This document shows, piece after piece, positions 23,650-33,555 of a stretch of 64,000 nucleotides of DNA (positions are counted from its first letter, which is position 1; each line of letters opens with the position of its first letter). A program made the position numbers and the translations under genes. The DNA is from Heteronotia binoei. Its lineage: Eukaryota. The notes under the pieces are model-generated. The model did not search any database and was not told where the DNA came from. It worked only from the letters and a program-made list of their open reading frames with translations. The DNA lies in assembly GCF_032191835.1 (NCBI RefSeq), contig NC_083240.1, positions 21,700,001 to 21,764,000 on the forward strand. Reading direction: 5' to 3'.

Positions 23650-23903
23650 GAAGAAGAAGAGACTGGATTTATACCCTGCCCTTCGCTAGCCAAAGGAGTC
23701 TCAGAGCAGCTTACAAATCTCCTTTCCCTTCTCACAACAGACACCCTGTGAGGCAGGTGGGGCTGAAAGAGCTCTCTCAGAATTGCTCTTGAGCAGAACA
23801 ACCTTGAGAGAACTTGTGGCTGACCCAAGGTCACATCAGCAGGTGCATGTGGAGGAGTGGGGAATCAAACCCATGCACGTAAACACTACACCAAACTGGC
23901 TCT
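23650..23903 (-). mobile_element. Squam3-like SINE abutting the NOL9 exon 3 acceptor
   Basis: Near full-length body; (CTT)3 tail ends about 8 nt from the exon. Confidence 0.85.
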
Positions 23904-24077
23904 TGCTAATGGATGAAGCCACCAACCAAGTGGAAAATGAAGGCAGCAAAAGTTTTTCTGTACCAATATGCAGCTCTCACAGGGCACTTGCACTCCATCA
24001 GGGATTGCAGCTTAAGCGCTGACAATCTTGGCCTATAGGATTTCAAGAAGGGGGCCCCTCCCAGTCTTGATAACCTT

Positions 24078-24964
24078 CAGAGAGGATTGTGAGGAACTCC
24101 AAAGGGATCTGTTGAGGTTGGGTGAGTGGGTGTCAACGTGGCAGATGCGGTTCAATGTGGCCAAGTGCAAAGTAATGCACATTGGGGCTAAGAATCCCAG
24201 CTACAAATACAAGTTGATGGGGTGTGAACTGGCAGAGACTGACCAAGAGAGAGATCTTGGGGTCATGATAGATAACTCACTGAAAGTGTCAAGACAGTGT
24301 GCGTTTGCAATAAAAAAGGCCAACGCCATGCTGGGAATTATTAGGAAGGGAATTGAAAACAAATCAGCCAGTATCATAATGCCCCTGTATAAATCGATGG
24401 TGCGGTCTCATTTGGAGTACTGTGTGCAGTTCTGGTCGCCGCACCTCAAAAAGGATATTATAGCATTAGAGAAGGTGCAGAGAAGGGCAACTAGAATGAT
24501 TAAAGGGCTGGAGCACTTTCCCTATGAAGAAAGGTTGAAACGCTTGGGACTCTTTAGCTTGGAGAAACGTCGACTGCGGGGTGACATGATAGAGGTTTAC
24601 AAGATAATGCATGGGATGGAGAAAGTAGAGAAAGAAGTACTTTTCTCCCTTTCTCACAATACAAGAACTTGTGGGCATTCGATGAAATTGCTGAGCAGAC
24701 AGGTTAAAACGGATAAAAGGAAGTACTTCTTCACCCAAAGGGTGATTAACATGTGGAATTCACTGCCACAGGAGGTGGTGGCGGCCACAAGTATAGCCAC
24801 CTTCAAGAGGGGTTTAGATAAAAATATGGAGCACAGGTCCATCAGTGGCTATTAGCCACAGTGTATGTGTGTATATAACATTTTTGCCACTGTGTGACAC
24901 AGAGTGTTGGACTTGATGGGCCGTTGGCCTGATCCAGCATGGCTTCTCTTATGTTCTTATGTTC
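24078..24964 (+). mobile_element. CR1 LINE, 5'-truncated, with an open RT C-terminal frame (to 24855) and 3'UTR
   Basis: WQMRFNVAKCKVMHIG, ERDLGV, LVRxHLEYCVQFW and KVQRRATRMIKGLE motifs; (TTCTTATG)n tail. Confidence 0.93.
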
Positions 24965-25667
24965 ATATTAGTATCCTATACTTCTTCTGAGGATTTTAGG
25001 GCACCCACCTTCATTCTCACAGCAAGAGATCGAATTGAGAGAAAAGTGACGCGTCCAAAGCCATCCAGTAATTTTTACTGCTGAATACCCCAACCACTAT
25101 GTCACACTGGCTCTCACCTGATACCCCGGGGAAAGATTCCTGTTAATGCCAGGATCTCACACATCGAAAGCGCCTACCTTATGACAAACCACATCATATT
25201 TTAACTGAAGATCTATAGGGTTTTTAAAAAGCTATTCATAACCTGCCTCGTGAGCCAGTGCCTGGCTGGGAGGCTGAAGGATTTAAACATTCATAATATA
25301 ATCAGCACCAACCTCAGCCTTAGCACTGCTGACCTGTCCCCAGATTTGCAACCATAAGACCAGAAGTGTTTGTAATGCTTGTGCTAAAACCAGCCTTCTC
25401 TCTTCATTGGGCCACCTAAAATTGAAGTAGCCCATAGCAGATTAGCTGCTTTCAGATAAATGAGATTAAAACAGCGAAAGTACCAGGGCACAGGGTACCA
25501 TGGGCATTAGCCATGCCCATCTGAAAGACAATTATTCATGTCCATTTGCAGTCAAATGTTCAAAGACAACTATTCAAAAAGTGCCCGGCACCTCTCCATA
25601 AACCTTCTGCTTCCTCTCACAATGGCAGGAATTCGTGAAACAACTGGCCATCACAACACCTACTTAC

Positions 25668-25890
25668 CTTGTGGCACAAGATGAGCTTTCAGGATGGACC
25701 TGGCCTCCACCTTCATCTCTTTCTTGGATTTTTCTGACTCCTTATAGGCAACAGCTTCAATGGAGAGGGCACAGTGCGTATGAGGGGAAAAGAGGTTGTA
25801 CGGGAGCTGTTCAGGAGCAATGTTGAAGCCAAACACTCGCACGGACCCATAGAGGCAAGTCAAGCAACACCTCCCATTAAATGTCAGGCT
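25668..25890 (-). CDS. NOL9: NOL9 exon 2 (SLTFNGRCCLTCLYGSVRVFGF...)
   Basis: 223 bp; ttttctgcag acceptor, G|gtaagt donor. Confidence 0.94.
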
Positions 25891-26002
25891 CTGCAGAAAA
25901 TGAAAAGCAAGGAGTGGAATGAGGAATAAAGGAACTGTAAAAGGTCAAACGATTTCCTGAAGAGCCTAAGCTACTAAGAACGTGAAGTGTTCACAAACAG
26001 AG

Positions 26003-26473
26003 CAAGGGTGTCAAACATGCGGCCCAGGGACAAAATCAGGCCCCCCAGAGGGCTCCTATCAGCCCCCCCCCCCCCGCAACTGGCTCTTGTCTGCTTCCTT
26101 CTCCCTCTCTCTTGCTTCCCTCTGCATCTCAGCTTGCTTAACAAGGCTTGCTCAATCGCACAGGAGCTACAGAGCAAAACCTTGATTTTCTCCACTAGTT
26201 GAGGCTCCTCTCTCTCCTGGTCCCCTGGGGAGGGAGGGAAAGAGCCAGAGCTTCCTTTGTCCAGTTCCCTGGATCCCATGGGAGAGATACAAAGAAAACA
26301 CCTTTAAGACCAACAAGTGCTAACGTTTTAAGCATCTTTACCGGTGTTTATCTGCGTCCTTTAAAAGTTTCTCTCTGCTACCTAATCTTAAATAGGTACA
26401 CGCATGGCCCGGCCCGACAAGGTCGCATTTATGTCAGATCCGTCCCTTATAACAAATGAGTTCGACACCCCTG
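26003..26473. mobile_element. hAT-type non-autonomous element
   Basis: TIR CAAGGGTGTCAAAC / GTTCGACACCCCTG; TSD not clear. Confidence 0.65.
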
Positions 26474-26615
26474 CTCTAGCTAGCAAATCCAAAGTACAAA
26501 CAGTCCCTAAACCAGGACCATTCAGAAGCACGGCTTCCCCAGATGCTTCCGAAGCATTCAGCAAAACAATGCCCATAGCCCACCCCACAAACGCCCCAGC
26601 GGCGCCCCTTCCTAC

Positions 26616-26918
26616 CCGCCCTTGAGGCAAAAGCAGCACCGCGCTGCCTCCTCCCTTGGCTTCCACCACCGTCAGAGGAGGCAACGACGGCGGTTCCTCC
26701 TCGGCTCGCTGCCCGACCTCCGGCGCTTTCACTAGGCCCGCAGAGACGAAGGAGGCGGCGAATTCGCTCCACCCGTCCGCTCCACTCCCGCTGTTTTTGC
26801 CGCTGGCCGAAGGGCGACAGCGAGCCAGGGAAGCGAGCAGGCGGCGGCGTCTCTGCAGCGGTCGCCGCTTGCGAAGCGACACGGAGGCGGGACGGCGGCT
26901 CGGCATCGCGGAGACCAT
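26616..26918 (-). CDS. NOL9: NOL9 exon 1 (basic N-terminus; start at 26918 or 26906)
   Basis: CpG-rich; ends AVLLLPQGR|gtagga, in phase with exon 2. Confidence 0.88.
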
Positions 26919-26944
26919 AGCGACTAAGGCACGAGCACGACAAC

Positions 26945-26954
26945 TCTCGCGAGA
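26945..26954. promoter_or_regulatory. TCTCGCGAGA palindrome (BANP/ZBTB33-type CpG-island promoter motif) at the NOL9 5' end
   Basis: Exact 10-bp palindrome about 27 bp upstream of the NOL9 ATG. Confidence 0.7.
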
Positions 26955-27089
26955 GGAAGGGGGAAATGGAGGAATGGTAGCAGGGGTCTCTCTAGGAACT
27001 GGGAAGATGACAGAGCTCGACTTAGAGAACCTGGGTTTTTTGTGCGCACTCAGCTCTTCCGGGTATGTTCTGCAGTTTAATATGCAGGA

Positions 27090-27155
27090 CTTCCAAAGTT
27101 TTGTTCAGAATGTAAGCTTTCCTATGCATGCATACTTTTTCAGACAAGGATAGGT
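27090..27155 (-). mobile_element. Penelope-like repeat fragment with a degenerate hammerhead motif
   Basis: Minus strand reads TGT-CTGAAAA-AGTATGCATGCATAG-GAAA-GC-TT-ACATTC. Confidence 0.55.
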
Positions 27156-27324
27156 GAACAAAGAAAGAAGTGAAAGAGAGTAAACTTTGGCCTTTATTAT
27201 AGCACACTGAGGGCAAGTCCCTCCCTTCCCAGGCTCCACCCCCAAAATTTCCCGGTATTTCCCAATCCAGAGTTGGCAACCCTATGTCCATTCCCCAGGC
27301 TCTGCCTATGTGCCCATGCCTGGA

Positions 27325-27512
27325 AGTCACGGCGACTCCTACTTAGGCAATGAGGACGTTAAAGGAATTGCCTTGATAGTCCACCCCTGCCTGCATCCCG
27401 ACCCTGGTGTTCTTTCGCGGTCTCCCATCCAAATACTTGACAGGGTCGGCCCTGCTTGCCTTACGCGATCTGATGAGATTGGGCTTGCCTGGGTTATCCA
27501 GGTCACAGCTAT
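27325..27512 (-). mobile_element. 5S rRNA-derived SINE
   Basis: 5S-like internal segment plus RTE-like tail. Confidence 0.7.
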
Positions 27513-27950
27513 GGGCTGCTTTTTAATTGATTCTTAAAATGTTGCAAGCTTTCTTGAAGCTCTGGCGGAAGGTGGGGCAGGTCGAAGGAATTCATTATCC
27601 AGGCAGGGAACTGATCCTGGTAGCCTGCTTCATACGTGTTGTCGCCATCCCCGCCCTTTCCTCTGAAACAAACAGCAGCAGTCTCTTAACCCTTTCAAAC
27701 TCAGGCTTTCTAGCGCAGATGGCCGAGTGTGTTTTTAAACACTACTTGATCCAAATTTCCTCTACTGGGCAAGGAGAAGTAAACTGCCCACTATTTTTGC
27801 AGCTCATTGACTCTTGTTCATTTTTGCGCACTGTGGTTGTTGCCAGGTTGTGTGTAAACTGTCACTAAGAGAAAACTTTGCTGAGCTGAGGTTTTCAACA
27901 GTTCTGCAGTGCAGGGTAGCAGTTTTGCAGTCATGTTGTAGGCTTTAGAA

Positions 27951-28245
27951 GAGCTCCGTGGCACAGAGTGTTAAAGCTGCAGTACTGCAGTCCTAAGCTC
28001 TGCTCACGACCTGCGTTCAATCCCCAGCGGAAGCTGGGTTTTCAGGTAGCCGGCTCGAGGTTGACTTAGCCTTCCATCCTTCCGAGGTCAGTAAAATCAG
28101 TACTCAGCTTGCTGGGGGGAAAGTGTAGATGACTGGGGAAGGCAATGGCAAACCACCCCGTAAAAAGTCTGCCGTGAAAACGTGAAAGCAACATCACCCC
28201 AGAGTCGGAAACGACTGGTGCTTGCACAGGGGACCTTTCCTTTCC
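27951..28245 (+). mobile_element. Sauria SINE
   Basis: GTTGACTTAGCCTTCCATCCTTCCGAGG body, GGCAATGGCAAACCAC segment, (CCTTT)n tail. Confidence 0.85.
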
Positions 28246-28605
28246 TGTAGGCTGTAGACAGGGATGGGTATGGCTTCTGATGACCCTGCAACATAACATG
28301 GTTGTTACCCTTGCACAGCTGGGACAGACCACTTTAAGACGGCTTGCTGCAACCATGCTTAGCTTCTGAGATCTGACGAGATTAGGCTAGGTTGGGCGGT
28401 AAGGGTAAAGTGGTCAAGGTGGTAAGGGTAAAAGCAGTTTTGAACACACCTTCAGGAAGAAGTGACTTTGAGCTGTGTTCCCTCTAAGCGGAGTTAGCGT
28501 GAGCCAGCTCAGTTTTTTAGCCTCTGGCTCACAAATTTTTGTCTTAGCTCAAGTACAATGGAATTTGTGTGTTATATTTACTCATTTTAAAACATTTAGC
28601 ACCTA

Positions 28606-28846
28606 GCTATGCAGTCCAAGCTCCATTCACGACCTGGGTTCAGATAGCCAGCTCAAGGTTGACTTAGTCTTCCATCCTTCCGAGGTCGGTAAAATGAGTA
28701 CCCAGCTTGCTGGGGAGTAAAGTGTAGATGACTGGGGAAGGCAATGGCAAATCACTCCATAAAAACTCTGCCAAGAAAACGTCATGATGTGACATCACCC
28801 CATGGAGCGGTACAACTTAGTGCTTGCACAGGGGACTACCTTTACC
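28606..28846 (+). mobile_element. Sauria SINE, 5'-truncated
   Basis: Same body; ACCTTTACC tail. Confidence 0.8.
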
Positions 28847-28954
28847 ATTTTTCCTCAAAGGGCTCAAATGCAGCTAACAAATGCTTATGTTTTTTAAAAA
28901 TATATATTCTTGAACAGAATTATTCAAATACAGAATATAAAAACAATCTATAAA

Positions 28955-29215
28955 TCTCTCTCGGCTTGACTTCGCAAACGAAGATTTAAGAAGGGTGCAG
29001 TAGTCCACGTCTGCTGCAGGCTCGCTGGTGGCTGACAAGACCAATGCGGGACAGGCAGATCCGGCCACAGTGGCTGCAGGGAAAAGTCTGATTTGGGGTT
29101 GGTGCTGTAGCAGTGCGATTCTTCCTCAATCTCCTTTTGTCCTCAAGACCAGCTATGTGTGCGTTCTCAAAGGAAGAGACAGCCTGGTGGATGGTGTTAA
29201 ATGGTGGTGGAGTAA
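28955..29215 (-). mobile_element. RTE-clade LINE 3' end
   Basis: Translates to ...FPCSHCGRICLSRIGLVSHQRAC..., an RTE C-terminal zinc finger. Confidence 0.75.
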
Positions 29216-29269
29216 AGAGCAGTCAAGATGCAGCTGGCTTATAACAACCCCAGAGGGTTTTTAAGGTGG

Positions 29270-29412
29270 GAATGTTCACAGGCAGTTTACCATCACCTCC
29301 CTTTGGGGAGAGACCCTGGACTTCCTTGGGGATTGCCCATCCAAGTACTAATCCTGCTTAGCTTCTGAGACCTGATGAAATCGGGCTAGCCTGAGCCATT
29401 CAGGTAAGGGCA
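29270..29412 (-). mobile_element. 5S rRNA-derived SINE fragment
   Basis: CCATCCAAGTACTAA...CTGCTTAGCTTCTGAGA...ATCGGGC is 5S-like in antisense. Confidence 0.65.
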
Positions 29413-29466
29413 AAACTAAATACTCAGAAATAATGTTACACTCGTCTTTTAGTTGGACTCTCCTAT

Positions 29467-29726
29467 GGAACACTGAAACTGAAGCTCAAATACTTTGGCC
29501 ACCAAATGAGAAGCGAGCACTCCCTGGAGAAGATCCTGATGCTGGGAAAGACAGAAGGCAAAAGAAGAAGGGGACGGCCAAAGATGAGATGGCTGGACAG
29601 TGTTACTGATGTAACAAACACGAATTTGAGCAGACTTCGGTGGATGGTGGAAGACAGGAGGGCCTGGCGTGACTTGGCCCGTGGGGTCGCAAAGAGTTGG
29701 ACTCGACTGTGCGACTGAACAACAAA
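29467..29726 (+). mobile_element. BovB (RTE) LINE 3' end
   Basis: LKLKYFGH...LEKILMLGKTEGKRRRGRPKMRWLD...GVAKSWTRLCD* plus (CAA)n tail. Confidence 0.88.
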
Positions 29727-29970
29727 ATGGAACAGGACAGGGAAATAAATGCACACAATTTGCTTAATGTTCTCACCACATCCTAGTGGCTCTCTGCTCC
29801 CGAAACTTGCCGTATCCTATTTCCCATGAGCTAGTGCTGTAGTGGTTCCAGGTGTGCAGGTTTATGTAAATGATCCATAGTGATTCAGGGACACACAAAC
29901 CTCCACACTCTTCCCCTAAAAAGCAAATTGTCTTTGCACCAGCTCCATTCTCTCTTCCAGACCACGGTGC

Positions 29971-30164
29971 ATGTTCAGAATGGGTTGCTCTCTCCCATCC
30001 TTTCTCTCCCTATCCGGCTTGGTCCTCTTGGGATGCATTTGCACAGCCCAGGACCTTTCTTCTCCCCTGAGAAAGGATGGAGATTACACCATTGCAGGGA
30101 TGTTCAAAATTCACCGCATCGCCTTCAAAACAAAATCCAGGCCAGAGGTTGACATTTGTGCCAG
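29971..30164 (+). CDS. TAS1R1: TAS1R1 exon 1 (signal peptide; GDYTIAGMF...RPEVDIC; start at 29971 or 29980)
   Basis: Hydrophobic leader, class C GPCR N-terminal motif, AG|gtaagt donor in phase 2. Confidence 0.9.
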
Positions 30165-30261
30165 GTAAGTGGATTGGCCATTCTGCAGGACGAAGGGAGG
30201 GAGGAGGTCAGTCCATTCTATGCAATCAAAAAGTGGTATGGAATTGTAGTGATGGTAGAGA

Positions 30262-30465
30262 TGGGGCCATGGATCAGAAACAGAAAAGCTGCTTTGCACT
30301 CAGAAGGTCCTGGGTTTAGTCCCCAGCATCCTTAGTTAAAAAGGATCACTTAGGAAGTGACATGAAAGACCTCTGCCTAAGACCCCGGAGAGCAGCTGCA
30401 GTCAAAAGTAGACAACACTGACCTTGGCAGAGCAAGAGTGACTCAGAACGAGGTAGATTCATATG
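30262..30465 (+). mobile_element. tRNA-derived SINE (second family)
   Basis: tRNA-like head with A/B boxes plus GAAAGACCTCTGCCT body; related copies at 32420, 37459, 60888 and 62535. Confidence 0.7.
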
Positions 30466-30646
30466 CTGTTTCCTTCCTAATAGTTCAAGTTTTGAAATGG
30501 CTCCAATCCTTTATAGATGAGAGAACATCTTGTACCTTCACACCCTCTTAGCTCTGCTTGCTTTCTATGTGGTTGTACACAACTTCTACAATATCATAGC
30601 TTGGCATGGTCCGTTACTTGTACATTGTTTCTTTCCAACTTGAGAC

Positions 30647-30850
30647 CAGTGTTCCTTCTACTGAGTTAGTGTGAGTTAGCTCACAGTGTTTTATCTTCCG
30701 GCTCACACATTTTTGTCTTAGCTCAGGAAGGCTGGCCCAGAGCAAACTTAATTTATGCAGCAGCCAAATCACCCGCTCACAACTTTAATGCCAGTAGCTC
30801 ACAATGTAGACTTTTTGCTCACAAGGTTCCACAGCTTAGCGGGAACATTG
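30647..30850. mobile_element. hAT MITE (CAGTGTTCCCTCTAAG family)
   Basis: Perfect 8-bp TSD cttgagac. Confidence 0.88.
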
Positions 30851-30957
30851 CTTGAGACACCTCCTCCCTTCCCTGCCTCCTCAGGGATTTTTGCTGATGC
30901 TGCATAGATTGACTGTTGATTTTTGAGCTTCAGATGCTTTTGATCTCCCTATCTCTT

Positions 30958-31160
30958 GGCTACCCCAACCTGGATGGCCAAGGCGAGCCTGATGTCAGAA
31001 ATGAAGCAGGGTTGGCCCTGGTTAGCACTCGAATGGGGGGAACTACCAAGGAAGCTCAGGGTTGTGCTGCAGAAGCAGGCAACAGCAAGCCACCTCTATT
31101 CATCTCTTGCCTGTAAAATCCTACAAGTCACTGTAAGTCAGCTATGACTTGATGGCGCTT
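30958..31160 (+). mobile_element. 5S rRNA-derived SINE, near full length
   Basis: 5S-like head, GGCAAxxGCAAxCCACCTC segment, TAAGTCAGCTATGACTTGATGGC tail. Confidence 0.7.
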
Positions 31161-31162
31161 TC

Positions 31163-31346
31163 CAGGGCTTTTTTGAGCAGGAACGCACAGGTACGCAGTT
31201 CTGGCTGGCGTGGTGTCAGGGAGGGTGGCCTAATACGCAAATGATCCCAGCTGGGCTTTTTTGCAGAAAAACAATGGTGACATCAGGGGGTGTGGCCTAA
31301 TATGCAGATGAGTTCCTGCCAGACTTTTCCCACAAAAAAAGCCCTG
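31163..31346. mobile_element. hAT MITE (CAGGGCTTTT family)
   Basis: Perfect 8-bp TSD gcgctttc. Confidence 0.88.
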
Positions 31347-31500
31347 GCGCTTTCTATCGCTGCTTGTTGGACTCGATTTTGTACCTTGCTTTAGCGACAA
31401 GGGCCAGCCAGTGGCTCCAAGTCAACCCTCTCCACTGATTCAAATGATTCCAACCGTCTTTCAGGTCCAAGTTCCTCTGTGTTTTTTCTCGTTCCAATAG

Positions 31501-31822
31501 CATGGGGAACAGGAGCAGCCACGGCTACTACCTCGCCCAGGCCATGCGCTTCAGCATCGAGGAAATCAACAACTCCAGCTGCCTTCTCCCAAACGTCACT
31601 TTGGGCTACGAAATCTATGATGTCTGCTCGGAGTTGACCAACCTCTATGCCACGCTCAGTCTCCTGTCCCAGGGGGTCAAGGGCTGTAACAGCCATCAAC
31701 GCATCCCCATTGCTGACAACTACACCAGCTATTTACCCAAAACGGTGGCCTTGATCGGGCCTGACAGAAGCGAGTATGCTCTGATTACTGCCAGCCTGCT
31801 GGGCATCCTCCTTATGCCAGAG
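31501..31822 (+). CDS. TAS1R1: TAS1R1 exon 2 (HGYYLAQAMRFSIEEINNS...IGPDRSE...LLMPE)
   Basis: 322 bp; phase 2 to phase 0; Venus flytrap motifs. Confidence 0.95.
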
Positions 31823-31952
31823 GTAACCCTGGGAAGACTGCAGTTGATGGGTTAGAGACTCAACCGAGATTGTCTGCCATTGTCTGAAGAGGGAAGTGGA
31901 TGGCGTTACCTGGGGTGTGGATGGGCTCATTCGGGAGGAGATGTGCTGTGAG

Positions 31953-32146
31953 CAGTGTTCCCTCTAAGTTGAGTTAGCGTGAGCTAGCTCACAGATTTTT
32001 AGCCTCCAGCTCACACATTTTTGTCTTACCTCAGGAAGGATGATCCCAGAGCACAATAATTTATGCAGTAGCCCACAACTTTAATGCCAGTAGCTCACAA
32101 AGTAGAATTTTTGCTCACAGGACTCTGCAGCTTAGAGGGAACATTG
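31953..32146. mobile_element. hAT MITE (CAGTGTTCCCTCTAAG family)
   Basis: TIRs; TSD gctgtgag / gctgcaag. Confidence 0.85.
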
Positions 32147-32154
32147 GCTGCAAG

Positions 32155-32354
32155 CAGGGCTTTTTTTGAGCAGGAATGCACAGGAACGCAGTTCCGGCTG
32201 GCTTGGTGCTAGAGGGTGTGGCCTAATATGCAAATGAATTCCTGTTGGGCTTTTCCTACAAAAAAAGCCCCATGTGCAACAATGGTGACATCAGGGGGTG
32301 TGGCCTAATACGCAAATGAGATCCTGCTGGGCTTTTTCTACCAAAAAAGCCCTG
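32155..32354. mobile_element. hAT MITE (CAGGGCTTTT family)
   Basis: Perfect 8-bp TSD gctgcaag, shared with the neighbouring MITE. Confidence 0.88.
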
Positions 32355-32419
32355 GCTGCAAGTACTGACATACATGGAACCCACACTAACTGGCCTGAAA
32401 GTTTGCTCACTGATCAGTG

Positions 32420-32590
32420 AGGGACCAGAGCTCAGTGGCAGAAGCCATGCCTTGCCAACAGAAGGTCACAGGTTCAGTCCTCAGCATCTCTAGTAGTAGC
32501 TGCGGGAGGGGGGACTTTTCTCTGTTCAAGCTGTTGCCAGTCAGAGTAGACAAATTTGATAGTCCGGTGGTCTGACTCTGTAACAAACAG
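32420..32590 (+). mobile_element. tRNA-derived SINE
   Basis: GCTCAGTGGCAGA...GGTTCAGTCC head. Confidence 0.6.
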
Positions 32591-32688
32591 AAGAGGACCG
32601 CAGTAGTGTCACCAATGTAACACATACACACCCCAACAATAGAGTGCACAGGAAATTACAGATACTAACCAAGAGGAAGACTCCAGGT

Positions 32689-32979
32689 CAGGGGCCCCAA
32701 TTTTTCTGAGCCTCCAGGCACCTTTGGAATTGTGACACAATGTGGTGGGTGTGGCCACAAAATGGCTGCCACAAGAGGTGGAGCCAGCTATGCAATGGCT
32801 GCTACAGCTTACCTTCAGTCACAAAGTGAAGATATTTCTGCCACGATGGCAGCCAATCAGAAGCCTTTCTGGGCCAAAGCCCTGCACGGTCCTGCTTACT
32901 CTCAAAAACACTTAGCAGGCTCCCAGAAAAGTGTCGGCAGGTGCCATGATGCCTACAGGCACCATATTGGGGACTCCTG
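32689..32979. mobile_element. hAT-type non-autonomous element (related to 4608-5000)
   Basis: TIRs; TSD ctccaggt / ctccagat. Confidence 0.75.
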
Positions 32980-33085
32980 CTCCAGATAAATTCACAACTC
33001 ACATCTCCATCAGATTCATGAGATGTTTTTTGGGGGGGGAAACACACACACTCCATTCTACACCACACTGGTTGTTAAACCCCTT

Positions 33086-33296
33086 TAGGGTTGCCAGGTC
33101 TGTGTTGGAAAATACCTGGAGACTTTGGGGTGGATCCAGGAAAGGGCAGGGTATGGGCAGAGGAGGGGTCTCAGCAGGGTCCACTGAGTCCATCCTTCAA
33201 AGCAGCCATTTTCTCCAGGGAAGCTGAGTTCTGCCAGCTGGAGATCAGTTGAAAAAGTGGGAGATCTCCAGCCCCACCTGGAAGTTGGCAACCCTA
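33086..33296. mobile_element. MITE with TAGGGTTGCCA termini
   Basis: Inverted termini; related copies at about 17850, 27195, 38452, 40172 and 42545. Confidence 0.7.
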
Positions 33297-33555
33297 CTTA
33301 TTTACCAGGCAGGACACAGTAACTCGGTGGGAAGTTGTACAAGGGAGAGTATCTTGGAGGATTGTGCCCACAGTGAGTACAGCCAGCAAAGGCCCTGATT
33401 TTAATTTCGCTGTTATACATAGAGCAGAATGTCCCTCTTTTCATCTACGGAATGTCACAGTGGAGAAGATTTCACTTCGGTCTACTTACCTTACAGTCAT
33501 TACCACCAACATTCTTTCCTGCCTTGTTTTGGCTTGCTCTAACCCTCTCTTCCAG

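Noticed and set aside
26388-27153. Several overlapping 150-176 aa ORFs
   Set aside because: Alternative frames of the GC-rich NOL9 exon 1; only 26616-26918 splices in frame.
27325-27512. 5S rRNA gene
   Set aside because: Partial, diverged and fused to a retroposon body and tail; a SINE head, as with all similar copies.
33364-33555. N-terminal part of the 346-aa ORF
   Set aside because: Intronic read-through upstream of the TAS1R1 exon 3 acceptor.
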